DNA from: Gracilinanus agilis
Lineage: Eukaryota
Reading direction: 5' to 3'
DNA: 64,000 nt
Assembly (NCBI RefSeq): GCF_016433145.1
Contig: NC_058131.1
Location: 151,276,016-151,340,015 of the forward strand
The notes beneath the pieces are model-generated. The model saw only the letters and a program-made list of their open reading frames with translations, was not told where the DNA came from and did no database searches. This document shows, in pieces, positions 1 to 10,199 of the stretch (positions within the stretch are counted from its first letter, which is position 1; each line of letters starts with the position of its first letter). The position numbers were made by a program, and so were the translations under genes.

Positions 1-66
1 TCCTTCCTTCCTTCCTTCCTTCCTTCCTTCCTTCCTTCCTTCCTTCCTTCCTTCCTTCCTTCCTTC
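1..66. repeat. (TCCT)n microsatellite
   Basis: About 16 perfect TCCT units, running off the window start. Confidence 0.97.
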
Positions 67-67
67 T

Positions 68-215
68 CTTAACTACATCTTGGAATAGTGTGTATCAATT
101 CCAAGGCAAAAGAGCAGTAAGGGCTAGACAACAGGGGTTAGGTGACTTGCCCAGGGTCACACAGCTAGAAAGTATCTGAGGTCACATTCAAACCCAGGAC
201 CTCCCATCTCCTACT
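68..215 (-). mobile_element. SINE1_Mdo-like CORE-SINE fragment
   Basis: Reverse complement of the core gtgacttgcccagggtcacacagcta plus the family 3' tail. Confidence 0.8.
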
Positions 216-404
216 AAGTTCCTTTGTAATGCTAAAGCTATGATTCTATATTGTTTCTTTTGTATTGACTCCACTTGATTTTGCACTGATTCAACTTGTT
301 CATAAAACAGCATGGTTTTCCTGTAACTTGAGTGGTTGTGATGAGAATATAATGCCTATGTACCTATTTTAGGTTACAAAGTACTTTATTCCTTTTATTG
401 GTTC

Positions 405-500
405 CATTGAAGAGAAAATGGAACTGAGGCTCAGAGAGGTCATGATTTGCCCAAGATCACACAGCAAGTGATACTGGTATTTGAATACAAGCATACTTGT
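405..500 (-). mobile_element. MIR/CORE-SINE fragment
   Basis: gaactgaggctcagagaggtcatgatttgcccaagatcacacagc is the typical reverse-strand MIR core. Confidence 0.7.
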
Positions 501-1172
501 TACTCTACTGCAGTATCTCAGAGCTTATTTCAGGGGGTGCTGGCATGCCTTGGAGCTCTTCTATTTTCCTCTGACCATGATCACACTTATTCCTAAGTGC
601 AGTGGCCATTTAAAAGGACCCAACCTCCAATTCCACCCTCTTTACACATTTTTTTTTTAAATTAAGAATTTGTCACATTGTAAATTTGGCAAAAAATAGA
701 TAAAAATAACAAAGGTAGATAATCCTTTGACCATTTACATGTTAGAATGAATAAATTGATTTTAAATTAGTTTATAGAATCCTTTTACAATTTGATGGTT
801 GGCTGAGAGCATATTTGTATAAAAAGGAGGATAAAGTTAGCAATATTTTGGGCAGGAAACATCATAGAATAAGAGAAGAATCCTGAAAAGGAGGTTGGGG
901 GGCAGGGAGAGACATTGAATTCCAACTTTGTTAACCTCATAATTTTGCCTTTGGCTTGCCCCACCTTATGATTAATGCTATGACATGACAAGGGCCAATG
1001 TTCCCTGTAATTTGTTTTAGTTGTGAGCGGAAGACTATGTTATCTAAACAACAGACTTGAAAGTCTGAGCACACGTGAATAGTGTTGTATTTTATAATTA
1101 AATAAAATTTATAATCAAGTTAATCTGAAGCATACTTGGTATTGTCCTGCACAGGAACTAGACATAAATGAT

Positions 1173-1373
1173 CAGCTAGTGGCTCAGTGGATTGAGAGCC
1201 AGACCTAGAGAGGGGAGGTTCTTGTTTCACATCTGGCCTCAGACACTTCTTAGGTGTGTGACCCTGGGCAAGTCACTTAACCCGCATTGCCTAGCCCTTA
1301 CCACTCTTCTACCTTGTAACTAATAAACAGTATTAATTTTAAGACAGAGAAGGTAAGTGTTAATAAAAAAAAT
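1173..1373 (+). mobile_element. SINE1_Mdo-like SINE
   Basis: tRNA-like head (ggctcagtggattgagagcc), core tgtgtgaccctgggcaagtcacttaacc and A-rich tail. Confidence 0.88.
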
Positions 1374-2159
1374 AAGTGTGAGAACCATATCCCTTAACCC
1401 CTGCCTCCTACATGTAAGGGATAACTGAGGGGAGGGTAGAATGAATGTGTGGTCGCCAGTAACCTAACAGGGGTCTCACTCTTCCCCTAAAACTCCAATA
1501 CTCAGTTAACAAACAAGCACTATGGGCATAGTGAAAAACAGCTGAGAGATGGACTAGCCAACTTGGCCTTTCTATTAGTTTGTGCAAAAGAGGCCTGAAT
1601 CTGCTCTGAAGTGAAGTCCTGAGGTCAATTCATTCAAGAGGATGGACTATATACAAGACCCTGCCATAGGTTCTAGGAACACAAAGATTTTATTTTATTT
1701 CCTTAAAAAAAATCCTTTCACCCCACTTACATGTAACAATAATTTTTAACATTAAATTATTTTTTTATTTCCAAATTCTCTTCCTCCTTCCCACCCTCTC
1801 TCCCTCACATCCTTCCACCCTCTCCTTCCCCAAGATGATAAGCAATCTGATACAGATTTTACATATGGGATCATGTAAAACACTTTTTCATATCAGTCAT
1901 TTTGTGGAAAAGAACTCAAATGAAAAAGGGAAGTAGAAGAAAGAAAGTGATTTGCATTTTGATCTTCATTCAGGTCCCATCAATTCTTTCTCAGAGGGCT
2001 GATGGCAATTTTCATCATGAGTCTCTGGGATTGTCTTCGATCACTTTATTGCTGAGAATTATAAGGTCATTCACGTTTGTTCATCAAGAAATATTGCTCA
2101 CTATGTATAGTGTTTTTCTGGTTCTGCTCACTTCACTTTTTTCATCAGTTCTTGTAAGT

Positions 2160-3552
2160 TGTGAGGGGGTGAAGGGAGGTAGGTAGGAGGATTAGAGAAA
2201 TGGGACAAAGGAGAGAGGAAGGTAGAGGAAGGGAAAGGAAGGTAGTGGTCCCCAGCCTCGGCAGGGGGAAATTGACCAGAGCCCTTTGGGGCTCAAATAA
2301 AAGATCTGGGAGCAACTTTAGGGTTTAGAATAGCTAGATTTTATTTTAATTAGAAAAGGGAAGGTCTAGGAAAAACTAGGAGGAATATAGAAAGGGAAAA
2401 AGGTGCCAAGAGAGGGCTCTGCAGGGTTCAGCCTCTGGGCTCCAGAGAGCTAGTGAGACCTCCAGGGTAGAGAGCTCCAGAAAAGGTGCCAAACCCTCTC
2501 TTTTATACTTTCTCTGACACCTCCCACAAAGGAAATGGGAGTTGTTGGGGGAAGTTATAGCAGAGATCCCTGGGAGATGTAGTCTTCCAGGGCTTAGAGG
2601 AATTATAAACTTCACACTCCCCTCTGTGATCCTTTGGGAGACCAGTTTCCCCAATGGATCATAATAAACATAAATAAATTAGCAATTACAATAAAATAAA
2701 GGGAATATACATCAAAACAATGGAAGAAGATTAACAATTTTATAACAAAAGAAAATCAAAGAATTGGCTCTTTTTTGCAGAAAAATCAGGGGGCAGTAGA
2801 GAGAATTTAGGGTAGAAGGAAAAGAGGGATCAGGGGTTTTCAGGACCCCTGCTGGTTTTTGCCAGTAGACCACCTGCTGGGTTTTAGCCTGGGAAGGGTG
2901 AGGGGGATTAGAGTTAAGGCTCCTGGGCTGAGGAGGTGGGGGGTGGATTTAGATCTAGGAACTTTGCTGAAGCAGAGGAGCCAGGCAGGAGTTTAGTAGG
3001 GAAAGGGACCCCCACTGGGCTGGGTTTGGGGCAGGAAAATTTTTTCGCTTACCCTTAGGCAGTAAGGCAGGCAGGATAGTCAGCCAAGCAGGTTCAGGTT
3101 CATCTGGGTCGCCATAAACTCTGAGGGAGTGAAGGGAGGTAAGGTAGGAAGAATGGATGGAATGGAAGAAAGGAGAGAGGAAGGTAGAGGAAGGGAAAGA
3201 AAGGTAGCGCCCCCAGCCCCAGCAGGGGAAAATTGACCAAAGCCCTTCAGGCTCAAATAAAAGATCAGAGAGCAATGTTAGGGTTTAGAATAGCTGGGTT
3301 TTATTTAAATTAGAAAGGGGAAGGTCTAGGAAAAACTAGGAGTTAGATAGAAAGGAGAAAAGGCACTGAAAGAGCTCAGGATCTGAGAGCCTCCAGGCTC
3401 GAGAGAGCAAGAGAGACCTCCCAAAAAGGTTCCAAACTTCCTCCTTTATACTTTCTCTGACACAAAGGAAGTGGGAGGTGTCAGGGGAAGTTGTAGCAGG
3501 GAGCCCAGGGAGTTGTAGTCTTCCAGGGCTTACAACAATTCCAAATGACACA
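2160..3552 (-). mobile_element. Complete miniature non-autonomous LTR retroelement (ERV1-like, TRIM-like), 1393 bp
   Basis: 5' LTR 3552-3120 and 3' LTR 2616-2160 are alignable direct repeats, both starting TGTG on the minus strand. PBS at 3114-3097, PPT AGAGGGGAG at 2625-2617 abutting the 3' LTR, 4-bp TSD AAGT (2156-59 and 3553-56), TATAAA and AATAAA in each LTR. No coding region. Confidence 0.88.
3097..3114 (-). promoter_or_regulatory. Primer-binding site complementary to the tRNA-Arg(CCG) 3' end
   Basis: TGGCGACCCAGATGAACC versus the recalled tRNA-Arg-CCG complement TGGCGACCCAGATGGGAC (first 14 nt identical), 5 nt after the 5' LTR end. Confidence 0.78.
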
Positions 3553-3823
3553 AAGTCTTTCCAGATTTTTTCCAAAATCATCCTGTTTGAACACAAAGGT
3601 TTTTCTTTTACTCTAGCTAGTTGTATGTCCATGGGGCAAAGAACCAAATCAAGAAACTTAGCCATAGTTCTAGAGCTTTCCCTGGGAGATTGACTGGATG
3701 CTACATGAAGGTTGGAAGACCTTTGGTGTTTGCCACTGCTTTCTGGTATTACCTATGCTGGGTCAAATTCTTAGCTGCCCAAATTCCCCTAATAGGTGGC
3801 ATTCTACCTCTTCTACACGTTCT

Positions 3824-4008
3824 AAAAAACCCTTACCTTTGTCTTAGAATCAATACTTTGTACTGGTTCCAAGGCAGAAGAGAAGTGAGGGGTAGGCAAT
3901 GGTAGTTAAGTGACTTGGCCAGGGTCACACAGCTCAGAAAAAAATCAGGCCAATTTGAACCCAGCCTCTAGGCCTGCCTCTTAACCTACTGAGCCATGTA
4001 GCTGCCCC
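3824..4008 (-). mobile_element. SINE1_Mdo-like SINE
   Basis: Reverse-strand family tail, core and head ending gctgcccc. Confidence 0.85.
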
Positions 4009-5459
4009 CTTCTCTGTTTTGTTTTGTTTTGTTTCATTTTTGAGGTAGGTCTATGACATTTGGTCCTTTGTTTCTTTAGGAAGAAAGAAAACATATAGCT
4101 CATTGTAGTAGGATTTCTACTCAAAACCATAATGAATGGCTATAAATTTGAAAGGGCAAAAGGATAACCTTCAGTTATGTAGAAAATTCACTTATATGGA
4201 ATCCCTCACTTCTAGATGATGCCAGACAGAAGTTAGGTTGCTGTGCTGAAATCATGCTGGTTTTTCCTAGTCACTGGGAAAAGTCAAGTCTGGCTTGACT
4301 CAGCTGCCATTCTCTGATGGAGACAGCTATTGAGTCCTGAACTGTAATTACTAACCATTTGAAGAGCCATATTATTTGTATGGTTGTACTTCTGATTTTC
4401 TTTGAATTAATGTTATGTTTGTGACAGGGAATAACAGACTTTATGCTGGCATTCCCATGATTTTAGGCCAATGGTCCATAAGGGAGGAACAGTGAAATTT
4501 CTAATTGAAGACAAGCCAAAGATTCCTTTGACATATCGCCAAGGGCAGTGGCCAGAAGAGAATGAAAGGATGAATGACAAACCAAACTTGGGCAAAGCTC
4601 TTTATTTCTTTGGGCCTCATTTTCCTTTTCTGTAAAAAAAAAAAGTGGGGGGAGGGATTAGACATGTTCTCTAAGGCCTCTTCCAGATTTAAACCCTGTA
4701 AACTGTGACTGACTAAAACAATTTTTTTCTTCTAATATATTCAGCTCTTTAGGAGTGTGTGTATGTATGCATGCTCTCATGTGTTTAAAAGAGAGAGAGA
4801 CCGAGAACAAGGTGGGTGTCTGTGTGTGTTCTTTACAAGAGAATATTCTTCGTACCCTTTGAGTTATTCATTTCTTCTAGCCCCGAAATAAGTGTAGATA
4901 CAAATATTCTTTCCTCAAATTGATATCACCATCTTTAGATCTCTTAGTAACTCTTCCAAATGAGTAAGAACCAGGACCAGTGTTTTTCTTCATGTCAGCA
5001 CTACTAATTACATACGTATGTCCTAATATCATAGATTTTCAGATGAAAGATATTAGAACTGCTAAGAATCTTAAAGGTGCAACTGCCTGTTTAACATATT
5101 AAAAAAAAAAAAAAGACCAGGTGAGTCTAAATGACTTGTCCAGTCACCCAAGTAAATAGTGGAAACAGTATTTAAACTTGTGTTCTCTTAGCTTTTCTGG
5201 CACATAATGCTATCTCTTTTGCTTCCTTAAGGAACAAAGGATCAAGCATGAGACCTAAATGCTCTATTTCAAAAGCCTGAGCTGCCCTTTCCTCTCAGTT
5301 TCAACCAGTCAGTCAACAAACATTTATTACCCAGCACTCATTACAAGCCCAACACTATGTTAGAGACTGTGAGGTTAAAAAAACCAAAACAAAACACGAA
5401 AAGGAAAAGGAAAGAAAAAGAAGAAAAGAAAGACAAAAAAAAAAGAAAAAGAAAAAGAA

Positions 5460-5850
5460 AGTGAAATATAATGTTTTGGTTCTTTCTCTGGGGGCAAATG
5501 GCATTTTTCATCATGAGTCTTTGTGACTGTCTTGGATCACTGTATTGTTGAGAATAATGAGGTCATTCACAATTATTCATCAAAAAAAATTTCTGTCACT
5601 GTGTACAATGTTCTTCTGGTACTGCTCATGTCACTTTGCATCAGTTTATGTAAGTCTTACCAGGTTTTTCTGCAATCATCCCATTTGCCATTTCTTACAG
5701 CACAATTGTATTCAATCACAATCACATACACAACTTGTTTGGTCATTCCCCAATTGATGGACATCCCCTCAATTTTCTATACCTTACTACCACAAAAAGA
5801 GCTGCAATAAATATTTTTGTCCTTTCCCCTTTTTATTTTGATCTCTTTAG
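5460..5850 (-). mobile_element. L1 3'-end fragment
   Basis: Homologous to the 1720-2159 fragment (tcatcatgagtc...ctgtacaatgttcttctggt...ccccaattgatggacatcccctc). Confidence 0.7.
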
Positions 5851-6764
5851 GATACTAGCTTTTAAAACACATTTTTGCTGCTCCTGAGGAGAGAACATCT
5901 GTTAGTCAACAGGAACTAATTAAGAACCCCACTATGTGCTAGGCTCTGCTTAAGTGCTCAGGAAACAAAGAGAGATAGATGACAGTCTCTGCCCTCAAAC
6001 ACACAACCTAACAGGGAAGACAACATGTAAACAATCTATATACTGGCTACAAAAGAAATGATCAAGAGGAAGGGTACCAGACTTGAGAGGGATTGGGAAA
6101 GGCTATCTCTAAAAGATGGCATTTTAGCTGGGAGGCAGAGATGAGGAGGGAGAGCATTCCCACCATGAGGGACAGCCAGAGAAAACGTCTGGAGCCAAGA
6201 AATGGAGTATCTTATTTGATGAATGGTCAGAAGGCCAGTGATACCTCATGGAAGAATATGCTGAAGCAGGGATGGGGGAGATATAAGAAGACTGGGAAGG
6301 CATATGAGGGGAAATGTCATGAAGGACTTTATATTTTGTATTTGATTCTGGAGGAGATAGGGAGCCGCTGAAACTTATTGAGTAAAGGGTTGACATGGTT
6401 GGACCTGAATTTCAGGAAAATCACTTAAGGGTTAAATAGAAGATGGTTTGGAGTGGGGAAGAGACTTGAAGCAGGCTTATTTACCAGCAGGCTATGGCAA
6501 CAATCCAGGTGTGAGGAAATGGAGGTCTATATTAGAGTGGGGGCAATAACAAAGGAAAGAGAGAAACATATTCAAGAGATGTCATAAAGATGAAATTTGA
6601 CAGGCTGTGGCAGTAGCTTAGATATGGTGGGATGTGAGATAATGAGGAGTCCAGCATGACTCTCAGGTTGCAAGCCTGACACAGTGGAAGGATTATGTTG
6701 CCCTCTACAATAACAGGGAAGGAAGTAAAGTGGTTTAAGAGGAAAGACAGTAAGTTCAGTTTTG

Positions 6765-6773
6765 GTTTTTTTG

Positions 6774-6808
<35 letters not shown>

Positions 6809-6970
6809 CCTTAACTTCTGTGTATTGGCTCCTTGGTGGAAGAGTGTAAGGGTGGGCAATGGGGGTCAAGTGACTTGCCCAGGGTCACACAGCTGGGAAG
6901 TGTCTGAGGCTGGATTTGAACCTAGGACCTCCCGTCTCTAGGCCTGACTCTCAATCTACTGAACTACCAG
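6765..6970 (-). mobile_element. Young SINE1_Mdo-like SINE with (GTTTT)n tail and TSD
   Basis: Near-consensus sequence with TSD taagttcagttttg (6751-64) / taagttaagttttg (6971-84). Confidence 0.92.
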
Positions 6971-7221
6971 TAAGTTAAGTTTTGAACATGCTGAGTTTAA
7001 GATGTCTGAAAGTTAGCTGGAAATGCAAGTCTGGAGGTCAGCAGAGAGGTTAGAGTTGAATAAGAAGATATGAGCAAAATTGACATAGAGATGGTAATTA
7101 AATCCATGGGAACTAAAGAGATTACCTAGTGATATAATATAGAGGAAGAGAGAAGAGTCTAGGACAGAGCCTTATAGATTCCTCACAGCAGGCAAGACCT
7201 GGATTAAGATATAATGAGAGA

Positions 7222-7410
7222 GGGGCAGCTGGGTAGCTCAGTGGAGTGAGAGTCAGGCCTAGAGACGGGAGGTCCTAGGTTCAAATCCAGCCTCAGCCAC
7301 TTCCCAGCTGTGTGACCCTGGGCAAGTCACTTGACCCCCATTGCCCACCCTTACCACTCTTCCACCTATGAGACAATACACCGAAGTACAAGGGTTTAAA
7401 GAAAAAAAAA
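7222..7410 (+). mobile_element. Young full-length SINE1_Mdo-like SINE
   Basis: ggggcagctgggtagctcagtgg head, core and aagggtttaaa-poly(A) tail. Confidence 0.93.
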
Positions 7411-7894
7411 AGCATTAAAGAAAGAGAGGAGTGGTCAGATAGTTAAGTGGAAAACAAGGAGAGAGTAGATAATAGAGTATTAGAGAGGAGAAGAGGGTGA
7501 TTAATATTGTCAAAGGCTGAGGAGAGGTCAAGAAGGATGAGGACTGAGAAAAAGCCATTGGATTTGGCAAATAAGAGATCAACTGGAAATGCTGGAGAGA
7601 GAAGTTTTGTTAGAATGATGAGGTTTAGAAGCCAGATTTTAGAGAGCAAGGTTGAGGTTAGTCACAAAGGGCAGAAAATATATTGGAATGATAATTAGTA
7701 GAGATGAAATGATCAAGGTTTTATTTTATTTTAAGGATAATGGGATAAGTCTCCTTGTAGGCCCTCGTGTCCACAGTGAGCAGCACAGCAGAGATTTGGA
7801 GGAGAGAGGTCCTATGCTCTGGTAGAAGGCTCAGAGCCTCTCAGGGCTCAAACTTGATATAGTTTTTATTGTTGTTGTTATTTATCTATTTCTT

Positions 7895-8334
7895 TTTAAA
7901 TCCCTTACTTTCTCCGTCTTAGAATCAATACTAAGTATTGGTTCTAAGGCGGAAGGGTAAGGTCATGGCCAGCATTGGTGAAGGTTTTCTGGTTCCAGTG
8001 CCCAGAGGGAAAATTCAAGTTCTCTATGAGCCCCCCACCGCCACTCATTACCAGAGAAAGTGGAGGGAAGAAGTGCTTGCTTTGGGTGGTTAGACAGAGG
8101 GGTGGGGCATGCAAAAAAATGTCTTTGAACACTGGGAAGAGGGGGAACGGAGCAGCCCCCACCTCTCCCTGCTCCTGAATGCTGGCTGGGCACATGTGCC
8201 AATATTTTGCCAAGGCTGCTCTAGGCAATGACTTGCCCAGGGTTACCTAGCTAGAAAATTTCAGAGGACATATTTGAACCCAGGACCCACTGACTCTTGG
8301 CCTGGCTCTCTATCCACTGAGGCAATAACTGCCC
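7895..8334 (-). mobile_element. SINE1_Mdo-like SINE interrupted by a hAT MITE
   Basis: Tail half (7895-7969) and head half (8219-8334) join into one SINE when 7970-8218 is removed. Confidence 0.8.
7970..8218 (-). mobile_element. hAT MITE (same family as 13211-13423 and 46630-46911)
   Basis: Imperfect TIRs CAGCATTGGTGAA / TTTGCCAAGGCTG, internal similarity to the other two copies, and a degenerate 8-bp TSD gtcatggc/ctctaggc. Confidence 0.78.
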
Positions 8335-8339
8335 TTTAT

Positions 8340-9775
8340 ATAAATTTTTGGACGAAGTTTTAGACATACCGATGGAAGTCTACCCTGTTATCTATTGAAC
8401 TAGGTCAAAGGGGATATTTTCCAGATTTATTAATGAGAGGGGAATGAGGAGCAGGGCCATCTGGAATTTAATCCTAATCCTTCAAATTCATCAAGAGGCT
8501 GAATGGAGCTAAAATCTAATCTGTGGCTTTATTAGCATCCTGGGCATAGGATAGGGTCATACTAGTCAGGATGGTTTTCACCAGGCATCCCAGAACCCCA
8601 TTCATTAGCCAGATGAAAATCTCTCTTGTCTGAGGCATATATGTGGAGGACAGTGAAGGAAATAGTGAATTGGTGCTGGGCGCTTTGTAGCACACAGCGG
8701 ATTATGGTCAGGATTTAGCACGCACTTCACATCCACACATCAGGGGTTCCTAGAGTCTGGCAATAGAGCCACCCGCTGCTGGCATTAGCTGCGATCACGA
8801 TTGCTTGAGTCAGGCATAGGAAGGATCTCAGTGTTATTGATTCTACAACAGTATACCTGGAGGAAAAATACAAAAATTGAGGAGTCCTCTCAAAAAGCAA
8901 GAGCATATTCATGAAGATCAAGTCAGAAGTCAAATAGATAAAAAAGTCAAATAGGAATAGTAAAAATGGTGTGAGAACATTCCAATCACTTCCCATTCAG
9001 TGTCCCATGTAGAAGGATGCGGATCAAAGACTCCGGTTCACCTTCTCATCAGCCTATGCACTCTTCTAGATCTAGTTACTTCCTTTCTCACTGACCGATA
9101 TTGGGGACTGTCTATAATTGGCAAGATCCCCAACCTACCCCACTCTGTTACCTGTCTCCCCATTTTATCTGGAGCCCGTTTATCATCACTCCATTTGGCC
9201 GGAACTCTACTACTGCTGTGATCATTGTTCAAGCCAGTTGTGTGGTGTCAGTAGGTTCCTTGGTTATAAATTAACTGACCTTGGGAAGGGTGATGGGGCC
9301 TTGGACAGGGTACATGTAAAAAAAAAAAATGGTGGGTTTGCTAATCAGATTATCCAGGCTTAGTCAGCAGAAACCAAAGCATCAACAGTAGTATTAGTCA
9401 ATTCTAACCACTCTCATTGGTGGGACCTATAGAGTAGATTGTCCACCCTCGTGCTGGACGTGTTTTGGGTAGGATAAAGGAGGGTATGTAGCCATTAGGT
9501 TATATAGCATTAATTGCAATCTAGGGGATCCCTGCCCTGGACAGTAGGCTGGGGGAAGGAGGATGGAATCATCTAGCATCTGAGATAGTGAAAAATCAAG
9601 CTTGATGGATATTCAAAGAGTAGACTTTCTAGCCAAGAAGGGACTATTATTGCCACTGGAACACAGGGTTTGTTTTAAGCATCTGTTCTATTTTTCCACA
9701 ATGCCCTCTACCTGAGAGTGGTAGGGAGCACTGAAGACCCAGCTAATGCCCTGATTAGGGTCTCATTGATGAGTC
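8340..9775 (-). mobile_element. Degenerate endogenous retrovirus internal segment (integrase core plus possible env-like region), no LTRs seen
   Basis: Minus-strand translation ~9750-9660 reads GISWVFSAPYHSQVEGIVEK*NRCLKQTL (retroviral integrase core), followed after a frameshift by VYSLNIHQ, similar to ERV-L VYALNQ. Confidence 0.72.
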
Positions 9776-9859
9776 CAGGCTGTAGAAAATGGAGTTTCAT
9801 TGTTATTAGAAATATAATCAGGATAGCAAAGGTGAAAGTAGGTGTTCTTTTCAATTACT

Positions 9860-10030
9860 GAGAGGGTAGCCTTGACATCAGAGTAGGTGACTGGTAAACA
9901 GAGATTTATATTTGATTCTAACAGTAATAGGGAGCCACAGGAGAAGAGTAGAGGAGTGACATGGTGGTTTAGGAAAACCATTAGGCAGTTAGTTAAGTGA
10001 AGAATGGATAGGAAAGGGGAGAGATTTGAA
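9860..10030 (-). mobile_element. L2 fragment
   Basis: tttgattctaacagtaatagggagccac...gagtgacatgg matches the L2 segment at 6340-6420. Confidence 0.7.
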
Positions 10031-10199
10031 ATTGTTTGAGTGCCAGGCCTGAAGTTGAGGACTTGGATTTAAATGTGGATTCAGACACACTTCCAAGCTA
10101 TACCATGTTGGGCAAGTTGATTTGACTCCAATTACCTGGCCCTTGCTGTTCTGTCAGAATTCATATTAAGATAGAAGGTAAGTTTAAAAAAAAATGAAA

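Larger units (their letters stand above)
1720..3690 (-). mobile_element. Old L1 3'-end fragment, split by the LTR element at 2160-3552
   Basis: Sequence on both sides of the insertion (catcagttcttgtaagt | ctttccagattttttccaaaatcatcc) is contiguous with the related copy at 5640-5690. Confidence 0.65.
5900..7715 (-). mobile_element. L2 LINE remnant with two SINE insertions
   Basis: Typical L2 3' end (actatgtgctaggc...). The minus-strand reading at 7443-7649 contains the L2 reverse-transcriptase motif SNGFFSVLILLDLSSAFDNINH. Confidence 0.85.

Noticed and set aside
1376-1680. Possible LTR fragment starting TGTGAGAACC
   Set aside because: No matching end, TSD or second copy could be identified.
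7222-7300. tRNA-like sequences at SINE 5' ends as tRNA genes
   Set aside because: They are the tRNA-derived heads of CORE-SINEs, always followed by the SINE core and tail, with no complete cloverleaf.
7443-7649. ORF with a reverse-transcriptase-like motif as a functional gene
   Set aside because: Short remnant of a decayed L2 element with flanking stops and frameshifts.
8857-8878. Strong-looking splice acceptor on the BIM strand within the ERV relic as an alternative BIM last exon
   Set aside because: It is 11 kb past the poly(A) site, would give only a short junk tail, and the pyrimidine run is explained by hydrophobic codons of the env-like frame.
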